From Candidatus Sabulitectum sp. (lineage in GTDB: Bacteria > Fermentibacterota > Fermentibacteria > Fermentibacterales > JCC-6): a DNA stretch of 64,000 bases. The stretch covers positions 3,641 to 67,640 of the forward strand of contig JAIOSV010000104.1 of the NCBI GenBank assembly GCA_021107435.1, in the 5' to 3' direction. The translations under genes were made by a program, and so were the position numbers. The notes under the pieces are model-generated. The model searched no databases. It worked only from the letters and a program-made list of their open reading frames with translations, and had not been told where the DNA came from. The first letter of the stretch is position 1. Every line of letters begins with the position of its first letter. Below, in pieces: positions 10,927 to 20,813 of the stretch.

Positions 10927-11195
10927 TGTTGTGCATTCTCTGCGGTGAACCGTGGCAGCAAAAAGCCATGCCGTTCAGTGCTGTCTGTGAAAAATGCCAT
11001 TGCTGGCTGCACTCCTGTATTCAGTGCGCATTGTGGGATTCCCGATCACGGATGTGCAAATCCATGACCACTGATTCTGTGGCAGACCGGCAGGGGAAAA
11101 ATTTCTGCGAGGAATGGAAACCCCACGACACGGAAGCAACAACTGATATGATTAAAAATCCTGTCGGAAAATTTGCTTCGCTTTTTGGAGATTAG
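10923..11195 (+). CDS. Small Cys-rich (zinc-ribbon-like) hypothetical protein
   Basis: CxxC, CxxCxxxxxxCxxC and further Cys; overlaps greA stop. Confidence 0.7.
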   Translation: MMLCILCGEPWQQKAMPFSAVCEKCHCWLHSCIQCALWDSRSRMCKSMTTDSVADRQGKNFCEEWKPHDTEATTDMIKNPVGKFASLFGD

Positions 11196-11198
11196 CAT

Positions 11199-12236
11199 AT
11201 GCGCATTATTGTAGCCACCACCCACACCATACCAGCCTACTCTGGAGGCTGGACTACCCCACTGGATCTACTCGGGAATGATCATCAGGTGATGTATATT
11301 GTTCGCAACTACAAAGCTGGCACAAGAATAATTGAAGGAATTAAATGCGTGGGAGTAGGATCATCTGGTTCAATAACCTGTTCCTGGGATTTCGCCGAAA
11401 AATACAGACATGCAGCAGTACAAAGATTGTTTCGCATGGCACTGAAGAAGCATTTTCGAGAATTCAATGCCGATTTTGTTCTGTGCCTGGATCCGGAAGC
11501 AGGCTATTCCGCAATGTATTCCGACCTCCCCTATGCCATGCGTTTTCACTCAAAACTGGAATCGGAACATCTGGGATCAGACTTTGGTGCACTGATGAAG
11601 AATTCAACTTTCGCAACCGCCTGTCCTGCCACTCATATCCCCGATCTTGAGGTTCTCGCTCACAATCAGGATTTGTCCAGATTCGTTTACACTGAAAGTC
11701 AATCAGCAGAAAAAGCTCTTCTGCTCACCAGCATTGACAGAATTCATGAACCGGAGCTTTTCGTTGAAGGAGTAATGCTTTCAAAAACAATGAAGGGCGA
11801 TATTGTCGGTACAGGCCAGGACAGAAAAAGGATTGTCTCTCTCTGTAAAGAAACAAATGGAAGGGTGCGCTGCCTGCCACCTGTACCCCGCCTGAAAGTA
11901 CCGGAGCTTCTCAGCAACTATCAGGTGGGAATCGCTACCGTTCAGGAGGTTTCTCCAATCGTTTATCAGATGAAGGTAAATGCCTATATGGCCGCAGGTC
12001 TCTACACTCTTGCGAAGCCGTGGACTCACATAGCATACGAAGCGCCGGGTCTTATCAGCACATTTACCACAGCGAGAGACATGGCTGATCATCTTGATTA
12101 CCTCTGTGACAACTGGGCTGAAACTCTTGAAACTCGCAGGAAAGCCAGAGACTGGATCCACAAACATTACTCGGTAGAAATTCCACGAAAACGCTTTAAC
12201 GAAATACTAAAAGAAAAATTCCCCGCGAAAACCTGA
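11199..12236 (+). CDS. Glycosyltransferase (GT-B fold, divergent)
   Basis: DIVGTG, MKVNAYMAAG donor-binding-like segment. Confidence 0.65.
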   Translation: MRIIVATTHTIPAYSGGWTTPLDLLGNDHQVMYIVRNYKAGTRIIEGIKCVGVGSSGSITCSWDFAEKYRHAAVQRLFRMALKKHFREFNADFVLCLDPEAGYSAMYSDLPYAMRFHSKLESEHLGSDFGALMKNSTFATACPATHIPDLEVLAHNQDLSRFVYTESQSAEKALLLTSIDRIHEPELFVEGVMLSKTMKGDIVGTGQDRKRIVSLCKETNGRVRCLPPVPRLKVPELLSNYQVGIATVQEVSPIVYQMKVNAYMAAGLYTLAKPWTHIAYEAPGLISTFTTARDMADHLDYLCDNWAETLETRRKARDWIHKHYSVEIPRKRFNEILKEKFPAKT

Positions 12237-12494
12237 CAGTCTTTAGGACATTTCGAGTGGAACATCTCTGCAGACAGCAGATATACTGGTGCGGGCGCTC
12301 TCTGGATAAAAGATGAAAAAACGATAAACGCCCTTACAGGCGGGGCCAAAATCGGCTGGAGAATAGCCCTCCATGTCCACGGACTTCCTTTTGATCTGGA
12401 ACCATATCTGTGTCTGGGAGTCAATTTCCTCTGCAACAGTGAAGAAAGTTGAATTTCTGCAGCCCACGCTTCACCCTGGAACCAAACTTGATAT

Positions 12495-14075
12495 CTACTG
12501 AGAGCGGGAAATTCTATTCCTGATCTTTTCTGTAACCTGAGATAATGCACTGGAAAATGTTGTGCTTCCAAGACCATAAAGAACCAGAACCATGAGAAAA
12601 ACACCAACTGCAGTGTATGAAATCAACTGAGTAAATCGCGTAACCAGAGATGCTTCAGTTGAAAAGGGCCAGAAGTAAATCAGCAAAAGACAACCGGAGG
12701 CAAGGAGTACATTAGCTGAAAGGATTTTCAGCTGTTCCCTGATAACCAGTCGCAAATTCAGGCCTCCCATTTTTCTGGAGAGAGACCATATCAGATAAAT
12801 GGTTTTGGCTGTTGATGTTACTGTTGTTGCCAGTGCAAGTCCGCCTATTCCCAGAGGCCCAACAAGAATCAGATTCAGCAGTACATTGGCGATAATGCCG
12901 AATATTCCTATTGCTACAGGAGTTGCCGAATCCTTCTGAGCATAAAAGACGCGGGAAACAAGTGAGCCAATACCGAACTGAGCAAGCCATGGAGCGTAGA
13001 ACGCAAGCGCATATCCTATGTACCGTGAATCCTCTCCCGAGAAATTTCCCTTCTGGAAGAGGACGGAGACAACCGGAACAGCCAGAATGGTTAGAAGTGC
13101 TGAGGTGGGAAACATCACAAGGGATGTGGTGTTAATGCTTTTCCTGAGAACAGACAGAAGCTCATCTTTCTTGCCCTTTGCTGCTTCCGCAGAGAAGCTG
13201 AGGTCAGCAAATGTTAGAAAGGGATAAAATACAACGGCAAGAACAATGTTCTTTATTCTGTTGGCATAGTCTATGGCTGTAACCGAACTCTCAGGAAGAA
13301 AAGAAGCCAGCATCTTATCCGCAATAGGAGCCAAAAAACCCACCAGAGTTCCTCCCACAACAGGAGCAGCCATTCTTGCCAGTTGCCCCATGAATGAATC
13401 ATCTGAAATGGAGGGACGAACCTTAAACCCGCTTCTATAGCTTTGAACAAGAAGAAAAACAAACTCCACCAGAGCACCAGCGAGCATGGAAAGGGGAAGG
13501 ATTTGAATTCCCATACCGTCTCTGACCACCAGTAGAACTGTGAGAGATACAGTCAATCCTAAAATCCCGGAAAAGGCAAGAGAGGTAAATCTTCTCTCAT
13601 ACTTTATAAAGTTAGCCAGTATCCCGTTAGTGGTTCCAAGAATCACCATTGGAAGAAGTATCCGGAAAAGGCTTGAAGCAAGTCCCAGTAACTCCTGTGA
13701 CCCATTGGGACTTACTATCTGTACAAGAGCCCCACTGAAAAACCAGAGAACTGCGATAAGCACTGAACTTGTAAGAACAAGCCAGGATATTGTCCTGTTC
13801 ACGAACGCAACTGCTCCATCATGCCCTCTCTTCTCCATAACTCTGGAGTAGATAGGTATGAAAGCCGAACCAAAGGAATGAGAAACTACCTGCCTGACAA
13901 GAAACGGAAACACCATGGCTACAGCAAGAGCATCAGTACGCCAGTTCGCTCCGAAAATTGATGTTATCTGAGCAAATCGAATGTAGGCAAGAAGAGCACC
14001 GGCAACACTGCTGGCGGAAAGAGCAGAAAGACCCATGATTTTACTGTTTCCCGCAGGTCTTGCTTTTTCAGTCAT
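12495..14075 (-). CDS. murJ: MurJ/MviN-family lipid II / polysaccharide flippase
   Basis: Multi-TM; FGANWRTDA, AFIPIYS, IDYANR, RVFYAQKDSATP, GLALAT. Confidence 0.85.
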   Translation of the reverse strand: MTEKARPAGNSKIMGLSALSASSVAGALLAYIRFAQITSIFGANWRTDALAVAMVFPFLVRQVVSHSFGSAFIPIYSRVMEKRGHDGAVAFVNRTISWLVLTSSVLIAVLWFFSGALVQIVSPNGSQELLGLASSLFRILLPMVILGTTNGILANFIKYERRFTSLAFSGILGLTVSLTVLLVVRDGMGIQILPLSMLAGALVEFVFLLVQSYRSGFKVRPSISDDSFMGQLARMAAPVVGGTLVGFLAPIADKMLASFLPESSVTAIDYANRIKNIVLAVVFYPFLTFADLSFSAEAAKGKKDELLSVLRKSINTTSLVMFPTSALLTILAVPVVSVLFQKGNFSGEDSRYIGYALAFYAPWLAQFGIGSLVSRVFYAQKDSATPVAIGIFGIIANVLLNLILVGPLGIGGLALATTVTSTAKTIYLIWSLSRKMGGLNLRLVIREQLKILSANVLLASGCLLLIYFWPFSTEASLVTRFTQLISYTAVGVFLMVLVLYGLGSTTFSSALSQVTEKIRNRISRSQ

Positions 14076-14919
14076 TCAATGCACCCGGCAATTTTGGAGG
14101 AACCCCGGTGAGTACTGATTGAAGTGCCCGGTAATACCCTGTAAAAGCCCGGGGATTTACTGCCGCATACGCAGACAGTCGAAGAATACACTTGGTGATT
14201 ATCATCTTCCTGACCGCGTCAGCATTGACAGAGTCGTGATTCCTGAAAAATTCAAGCATCCCCCAGTGGAAGCAGGAAAGTCTGGTGGCAGTAACTCTGT
14301 TAGAACCGGACCCCTCATCGTGCAGAAATCTGCCTCCCCGGCAGAAATCAACATTCATTCCCTGCTTTTCTGCTCTTGCGCAGAAATCCACATCTTCAAA
14401 AAAAAGGGGATACCGATTGCTGAATCCACCTGTCTTCAGAAAATCATCCCTGTGGATCATGATCAAAGAGCCCTGAAGCCAATCCGTATGATCTCTGTTC
14501 CAGAGGGACTCAGCCGGCTTGAAAATCTGTGATTTGACCCAGCTTTTATCCGGCCATACTCCCGTGGAATGACCCTCCCCGCCAGTGGAGTCAACAGTAG
14601 AAGCACCGGTTAAATTACCCCTGGCATGATAATCAAGTAAAATCTCCAATGACTCTTTGTTTTCCGGAAGAGTGTCAGGATTTGTAATAAGCACAACAGG
14701 GCTATCTGCTTCCTGAACAGCACGATTGATACCTCCGCCAAACCCGTTGTTGCTTATGAATGGCAGTACCTTTGCATAACTGTTAATGCCCCGGGGAATC
14801 AGATTCCCATTATCAGCTATCAGACAGGCAGCACCGGTACCGGACCATTTCCGTACCCATTCCCTGACAACATCAGGGTTACCGAATGCAACTGTAACCA
14901 CGGTAATAGGCAGAGACAA
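14068..14919 (-). CDS. Glycosyltransferase family 2
   Basis: ADN, NNGFGGGIN, TNPD, GGF..YPLFFEDVDFC. Confidence 0.88.
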   Translation of the reverse strand: MSLPITVVTVAFGNPDVVREWVRKWSGTGAACLIADNGNLIPRGINSYAKVLPFISNNGFGGGINRAVQEADSPVVLITNPDTLPENKESLEILLDYHARGNLTGASTVDSTGGEGHSTGVWPDKSWVKSQIFKPAESLWNRDHTDWLQGSLIMIHRDDFLKTGGFSNRYPLFFEDVDFCARAEKQGMNVDFCRGGRFLHDEGSGSNRVTATRLSCFHWGMLEFFRNHDSVNADAVRKMIITKCILRLSAYAAVNPRAFTGYYRALQSVLTGVPPKLPGALND

Positions 14920-15102
14920 GAATAACCCCTCCAGAGGTCAGAACAGTAATGTCGAATAAGTAGGCAATATAGTTTATTTACCTTATGTCATAATTCTCCG
15001 GTACGGGGCTTTTCTTTTTTTCCAATCTGAGCTATTTTGCTCCGATCAGATTGGTTGAACCCGATTGGTTTCTTTTTTTACTTAAAAGACAGGTTTGCTT
15101 AT

Positions 15103-16023
15103 ATGATTCTTTCAAAAAAACTCCCTTGCGTTGGTGTCCTGATGATCAACTACAACCAATGGGAACTAACCCGCAAGTGTGTTGAATCTCTTCTGAAATC
15201 GGAAGGAATCGCGGTTGTAATTGGCCTGGTAGACAATAACTCCAGAGAACCAGCTCCCTCCTGGGTGGAAAACACATCTGAAATCAGCTTTTATCAGAAT
15301 TCCGACAATTACGGCTTTATCGCAGGCAATATTAAAGCCTATGAAATGGTTATTCTGCGGGATGTTGATTTTGTAATTCTGCTAAACAATGATACTGAAG
15401 TCGCGCCGAACGCTCTTAAACTTCTCGTAACCAATTTCAAGAACCACCCTGATACAGGACTTGTGACTCCTGCCATTACCTACGCCGAAGACAGAAATGT
15501 CATCTGGCACGCAGGCGGCACATTCATTCCCAGGAGAATGGGTGTAAGACAGCTATACAGCACAGTCTCTGAACTTCCTGAAAACGCAGTTGAAGTGGAT
15601 CAGGTTTCCGGATGTGCCATGATGATGCGACCGGAACTTTTCAAAAGAATTGGATATCAGAATCCGGATCTTTTTATCTACCACGAGGACGTAGAGCAAA
15701 GCCTGAAATCCAAAGAGATGGGCTTCAAAAACTATCTTGTACCTGCAGCCAGGGTAATTCATCATGTTTCCATTACAGTGGGTGGAGTGCTCTCTCCGTT
15801 TGCCGTTTATTTTACTCACCGGAACAGATACATCTTCGCCCGCCGTAATCTGAAAGGAATGGATCTGTTTGCATTTCGACTTTATTACTTATCCGTAACT
15901 CTGTTAAAAACAGTTATCTATCCTGTGAAAAAATGCGGCTATCTCGTTTACTGGATGTGGCTTGCTCTTTTGCACGGAGTAATGAATACTCCCCGCAAAA
16001 GGCCCCGGAAGCTCTTTCTCTGA
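15103..16023 (+). CDS. Glycosyltransferase family 2
   Basis: VDNNS, NYGFIAGN, LLNNDT, SGCAMM, FIYHEDVE; start placed at MILSKK. Confidence 0.9.
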   Translation: MILSKKLPCVGVLMINYNQWELTRKCVESLLKSEGIAVVIGLVDNNSREPAPSWVENTSEISFYQNSDNYGFIAGNIKAYEMVILRDVDFVILLNNDTEVAPNALKLLVTNFKNHPDTGLVTPAITYAEDRNVIWHAGGTFIPRRMGVRQLYSTVSELPENAVEVDQVSGCAMMMRPELFKRIGYQNPDLFIYHEDVEQSLKSKEMGFKNYLVPAARVIHHVSITVGGVLSPFAVYFTHRNRYIFARRNLKGMDLFAFRLYYLSVTLLKTVIYPVKKCGYLVYWMWLALLHGVMNTPRKRPRKLFL

Positions 16024-16041
16024 AATAGTACACAAATGAAA

Positions 16042-17205
16042 TTACCATTTAGTCGCTTCTTCCATCAACTTCGCAATAGCTTCAGCCTCAACACGACTGG
16101 AGCGCTGTGACACAACAAATTCCCTGCCAGCAGTTCCCATTGCAAAAGAGTCATCCGGCTTGCTGCAAAGATGCTGAATCGCCTCAGCCATAGAAGTGAT
16201 GTCCGGATCAACAAGAAGACCGTTCACGCCGTGAGTCACATTTTCACGGAATCCTCCCTGATTAACGGCAACAACTGCGGCCCCACATGCCATAGCCTCC
16301 AGAGGAACCAATCCGTATGGCTCGTTACGTTGCGGGCAGGCTACAACAACTGCGCTTCTGTAAAGTTCCAGAAGTCTGCTGTCAGAAATCCCCTGCTCAA
16401 TTGTAAGATTAACTCCAAGACGGGAAGCCATTGAAGAAAGATTTCCTGCATATCCTTCTTCTCCGCGATCTGCAACGGTAACCATTGCTGGTCTTTGTGA
16501 TTCAGGAATCGTAGACAAAGCCTTCACTACAAGATGGTGTCTCTTAAACTCCGACAGTGCTCCCACAGTAAGTACAAAATTCTCTTTGTTTTCCCGGACT
16601 GGAGTGAAAAAATCTGTATTAACCCCTGGGGAAACAACAACTGCCTTCCGCAGATAGACCTCTTCAAGTTTCTGTGCCATAAAGAGAGAGTTTGTTACCA
16701 GAATTGAAGCTGCTTGAGCTGCCTGCCTGTCCAATCTCTTCTCCCGGGCCAGAAGAGGTGCTATAAGAAGATCAGTAACAGCAGAACCGGTCTTGTACAT
16801 CCTCTTCTCGTAAATATAACGGGGATATTCGTGGCAGTAGTACACTGAGGGTGTTTTTTTGAAGGAAAGAAGAGGTGGTGATGCTATTATCAACGATGTA
16901 TGCGCCAGAAGAACCTCTGCCCCGTTGCTGACAATGTCCTGTGCAATCCTCCCGCACAGCTTGCTGTAAGCAGTAGCTTTTCTCCAGAGAAAAAGCGGAG
17001 CTGCCAACCTTGCTGCTCTTCGAAGTCGTTTCCCGGCGGGAAAGGGATATGATATCACAGGCGCTCCTGATTCAGGAAGAAGGGGAACTCCACCCTCCGG
17101 CAGGTAAAGGGACCAGTTGAACCTATTCCGCAAATTGTAAAGCTGCTGACCAGCAACGCGAACAGCCCCCCCGCTGGGGAGGAAACTAAATAGAGCAGTC
17201 TTCAT
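16042..17205 (-). CDS. Glycosyltransferase family 4
   Basis: EPYGLVPLEAMACG. Confidence 0.9.
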   Translation of the reverse strand: MKTALFSFLPSGGAVRVAGQQLYNLRNRFNWSLYLPEGGVPLLPESGAPVISYPFPAGKRLRRAARLAAPLFLWRKATAYSKLCGRIAQDIVSNGAEVLLAHTSLIIASPPLLSFKKTPSVYYCHEYPRYIYEKRMYKTGSAVTDLLIAPLLAREKRLDRQAAQAASILVTNSLFMAQKLEEVYLRKAVVVSPGVNTDFFTPVRENKENFVLTVGALSEFKRHHLVVKALSTIPESQRPAMVTVADRGEEGYAGNLSSMASRLGVNLTIEQGISDSRLLELYRSAVVVACPQRNEPYGLVPLEAMACGAAVVAVNQGGFRENVTHGVNGLLVDPDITSMAEAIQHLCSKPDDSFAMGTAGREFVVSQRSSRVEAEAIAKLMEEATKW

Positions 17206-17237
17206 ATAATCCTGTCATCGTCATCAATGGTTTGTGT

Positions 17238-18365
17238 TCAGTCAACTTTTTTTCCGCTTTCTTGAAGAGTTCGACAGCAGGAATCCAGGATCATCCGGGC
17301 AGTGACTTCCCAGGATAGTCTTGAAACCCTGGCAAGCCCCTTCAGGGCCAGATCTCTTCTTAAATCACTGCTGTCAGCCAATTTTAGCAGATTCTCTGCA
17401 ATATCCTCCACGCTTTCTGGATCCGCCAGCAGGGCTGCTCCTCCCGCTGCCTCAGGAAGCGAAGATACAGATGAGGTAAGAACAGGTGTGCCGCAAGCCA
17501 TTGCCTCCACCACAGGAAGACCAAACCCTTCATAGAGCGCGGGATATGCCATGATATCAGCCATAGATATCAGGGCGGGCAGTTGTTGATCCTCTACAAA
17601 TCCCGTGAGATGTATCCTGTCGCGGATATCATTGCGCTTAAGAACCTCATTGAGCTGATTGGAGCCCCAGCCCATCCTGCCTGCAAGAACTATATCCTGT
17701 GGAATCCGGTGCGCTATAGAAGCATATGCCTTAAGAAGTCGGGGAAGGTTCTTTCTGGGCTCCAGGGTGCCCAGAAATAGAATGTATCGATCCGGCAGTT
17801 TCAGATCATTTCTGACCTCATTTAGAACAGAGTCTTGCTCAACACGAGTCAGCCCTGGTGCGGGCGCTTCAAGAACCACATCCATCCTCCCCTTCACCCC
17901 TGGGAAATTTCGCACAATTTCATCAGCGGTAAACTGCGAAACTGCAATTATTCTGCGAGCTTTCCTGATGAACAGGGGAAGCAGGCTGTTCCGGACAACA
18001 ACACTTCGAAGATGGTAATCTTTCAGAAGAAGACCGGACAAGTCATGTATAGTTAACACAGATGGAATTCTGGAGAAAAGAGGAAGTCTGTGAAATGTAC
18101 CAAGAAAAACATTAACCCCATCGCAACGCAGTCTCAGAGGAAGACCTAGTTGAAACCATGCCTGGAATTTAGGAAACGGCAAACGAACAACCTTTATACG
18201 AAAGTTGTCTGGAAGATCAGTATCCATATTTAGTACTTTGTTTGTATACAGGACAAAGCTGTGTTTCCCTCCTGCCGTCGCAAGACCCTGCAAAAGATAC
18301 CTGACATAGTTAGAAATCCCAGATGTATTCATGTAAAGAGGTGAAACATCTATGCCTATTTTCAA
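17238..18365 (-). CDS. Glycosyltransferase family 4 (MtfB-like)
   Basis: TIHDL, GTLEPRKN, YEGFGLPVVEAMACG. Confidence 0.92.
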   Translation of the reverse strand: MKIGIDVSPLYMNTSGISNYVRYLLQGLATAGGKHSFVLYTNKVLNMDTDLPDNFRIKVVRLPFPKFQAWFQLGLPLRLRCDGVNVFLGTFHRLPLFSRIPSVLTIHDLSGLLLKDYHLRSVVVRNSLLPLFIRKARRIIAVSQFTADEIVRNFPGVKGRMDVVLEAPAPGLTRVEQDSVLNEVRNDLKLPDRYILFLGTLEPRKNLPRLLKAYASIAHRIPQDIVLAGRMGWGSNQLNEVLKRNDIRDRIHLTGFVEDQQLPALISMADIMAYPALYEGFGLPVVEAMACGTPVLTSSVSSLPEAAGGAALLADPESVEDIAENLLKLADSSDLRRDLALKGLARVSRLSWEVTARMILDSCCRTLQESGKKVD

Positions 18366-18473
18366 AAAAACCCCCGAAGTAAAGAATACTGAATAAGAAA
18401 GCAGGTAAGCAGTATAATACTTGGAACATTTTAATCACAACTCCAGAGCTTCCGTCACGGGGGACTTTTGTTA

Positions 18474-19634
18474 ATGAAAAAAATAGCAGTTTTTCACATG
18501 TTACCGTCAGGAGGCGGGATCCGGGTTCTTCGGCAGTTTGTTGATGGTCTATCTGCTAATTTTGATCTTCACATCCATCAACCCGAGGGGGCACCCAACG
18601 CTGCAAAGCAACCTGCACTTAAAGAAACAGTATACCCTTATCCAATGTGGAAAAAGCCCCGGGGATACCTCAGACCCGTTACACCTCTATTCCTGATTCT
18701 CAGACTACTGAGTTTCAAGCAGTTGTGCCGACAGATTGCTGATAACATCAACAAAACAGCAGATGCTGTTCTTGTGCACAATGCCATGCCTGTAGCCGCT
18801 CCACCGATTCTTCAATTCCTCAATATTCCATCTGCCTATTTTTGTTACGAATATCCCAGACACCTTTTCGAGAAAGACATTATCCGGAGAACAACATCCC
18901 TGCCCGCTGGCCTGACTCTGCTTCCTCTGGAACGACTTGAAAAATCCATGGACAGACAATCCGCCTTAAAAGCAACCCAAATAATCACTTTCTCACGCTA
19001 CATGCAACAGAGGATAAGGGACATCTACAACAGAAATTCAGTAATTGTAAGACCTGGTATAAACGGTTCATTCTTCTCTCCTTCTTCTGTAAGCGAAAAG
19101 AAAAATCACGTTTTGTCGGTGGGAGCCCTCTGGCCCTTTAAGGGTCACGAAACCGCTATTCGAACAATCGGATTAATCCAGTCGAAGATAAGACCAAATC
19201 TTCATATCGTGGCTGACAGAGAGTATCCCGGATACCGCACGCAGCTTGTTTCCCTGGCTCAAGAACTCTCTGTCAAAATTACAATTCAGCAGAATATCTC
19301 AGACAACGAATTAAGAGAGCTTTATCGCGGAGCAAGGGCAGTACTCTGCTGCCAACGCCGTGAGCCATACGGACTTGTTCCCCTGGAATCCATGGGGTGC
19401 GGGACTCCTGTGATTGCCTTGCGCGAAGGCGGCTTCGTTGATAACATAGTTCACCACAAGAATGGCTTTCTCTTCGACGGCAGTGCAAAAAAGGGAGCGG
19501 AACTCCTATTTGGATTACTTACCAACCAGATTTCCACAAGGGGAATGACAACCACAGCGCGTAAGTTTATAAAGCAGGAAAGAACCATCGCTATGGGCAT
19601 AAACAAACTGGGAGAAATACTGGAATCATTATGA
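18474..19634 (+). CDS. Glycosyltransferase family 4
   Basis: EPYGLVPLESMGCG; paralog of 16042..17205. Confidence 0.9.
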   Translation: MKKIAVFHMLPSGGGIRVLRQFVDGLSANFDLHIHQPEGAPNAAKQPALKETVYPYPMWKKPRGYLRPVTPLFLILRLLSFKQLCRQIADNINKTADAVLVHNAMPVAAPPILQFLNIPSAYFCYEYPRHLFEKDIIRRTTSLPAGLTLLPLERLEKSMDRQSALKATQIITFSRYMQQRIRDIYNRNSVIVRPGINGSFFSPSSVSEKKNHVLSVGALWPFKGHETAIRTIGLIQSKIRPNLHIVADREYPGYRTQLVSLAQELSVKITIQQNISDNELRELYRGARAVLCCQRREPYGLVPLESMGCGTPVIALREGGFVDNIVHHKNGFLFDGSAKKGAELLFGLLTNQISTRGMTTTARKFIKQERTIAMGINKLGEILESL

Positions 19635-20701
19635 AAATTGCATTCAATATTGACTATGATCACTTGACCTTCACGGGAATTGGCAGATATGGACTCGAGC
19701 TTATCTCGGCAATGATGGCAATCGGAGAAGACTGTGAGTTATGGATGTGGCGAAATACCAGAAAAACCCCTCCACTGATAAATAACATCCAGGGGAAGAT
19801 TAAGTACTACCCTTTCCCCAAACGAGTAACCGACCTTTACCTGCCATCCATAAGGGCTCTGAGGTCGAAGATTGACTGGCTGCACACTGCCAACGGAGAA
19901 CTGCTTCCATCAACTCCTTTTCTTAAGCAGATTACAATGGTGCATGATCTTGGACCTTTCATGTACGGTCACATGAAGCCTGATTTTGTTACAAATGCAT
20001 GGAAAAAACACATGAAAGATATCGCTAAAATTGCTGATTGTGTTGTTGTAAATTCAGATTCTACCCGGATAGATCTGCTTAATTTCTTTCCATCCCTGGC
20101 TGGCAGAGTCTTTCTCACCCCCCTGGGTATTGATCATTTTTCCACATCATTTTTTCCTTCAATGAAGAAAAATCATATCCTCACTGTGGGTACTGTAGAG
20201 CCAAGAAAAAACATTGATGGACTACTGAGAGCGTATGCAGCCCTGCTTGAAAAGCGGGATTTCCCTCCTCTGGTGATTGCGGGTATGGACGGTTTTCGCG
20301 CGGAAGAGTACAAAAAAATGCCATTGGAGCTTGGTATAGAAGACAAAGTAAAATTCACAGGATACATTTCCGACAAAGAACTGGCTGACCTTTACGCCGG
20401 GGCATACTGCCTTGTTCATCCCGCCCACCATGAGGGGTTCGGCTTCACTGTACCGGAAGCTTTCACCTGGAGGTTGCCTGTAGTTGCTTCAAACACCGGA
20501 GGCCTGGGAGAGTTTTTCTCGGAGACCGCCTGGATGGTTGACCCCTCCGACCCTGAATCCATAGCACACGGAATCGAACTTGCACTGGATTCGGGGGTAA
20601 CAGTTGAACAGGAACGAAAAAGAAAAGAGCTTTCTAAAAAACTCACCTGGGAGAACTGCGCAAGAAAAACTCTGGAAGCCATGGAAGTCATCCAAAGCTG
20701 A
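19631..20701 (+). CDS. Glycosyltransferase family 4 (MtfB-like)
   Basis: VHDL, GTVEPRKN, HEGFGFTVPEA. Confidence 0.9.
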   Translation: MKIAFNIDYDHLTFTGIGRYGLELISAMMAIGEDCELWMWRNTRKTPPLINNIQGKIKYYPFPKRVTDLYLPSIRALRSKIDWLHTANGELLPSTPFLKQITMVHDLGPFMYGHMKPDFVTNAWKKHMKDIAKIADCVVVNSDSTRIDLLNFFPSLAGRVFLTPLGIDHFSTSFFPSMKKNHILTVGTVEPRKNIDGLLRAYAALLEKRDFPPLVIAGMDGFRAEEYKKMPLELGIEDKVKFTGYISDKELADLYAGAYCLVHPAHHEGFGFTVPEAFTWRLPVVASNTGGLGEFFSETAWMVDPSDPESIAHGIELALDSGVTVEQERKRKELSKKLTWENCARKTLEAMEVIQS

Positions 20702-20813
20702 TGCTGTAGACAAGGTGTACGAAATACACAATTTCTGTTATTTTACCATACTCAAGAACTATATTTGATTCACGGGGAGGTTGTGCTCCCTTTGATTCCA
20801 TGAAGGGAAAACA

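Noticed and set aside
12243-12467. 74-aa ORF downstream of murJ
   Set aside because: No motif or RBS support; left unannotated.
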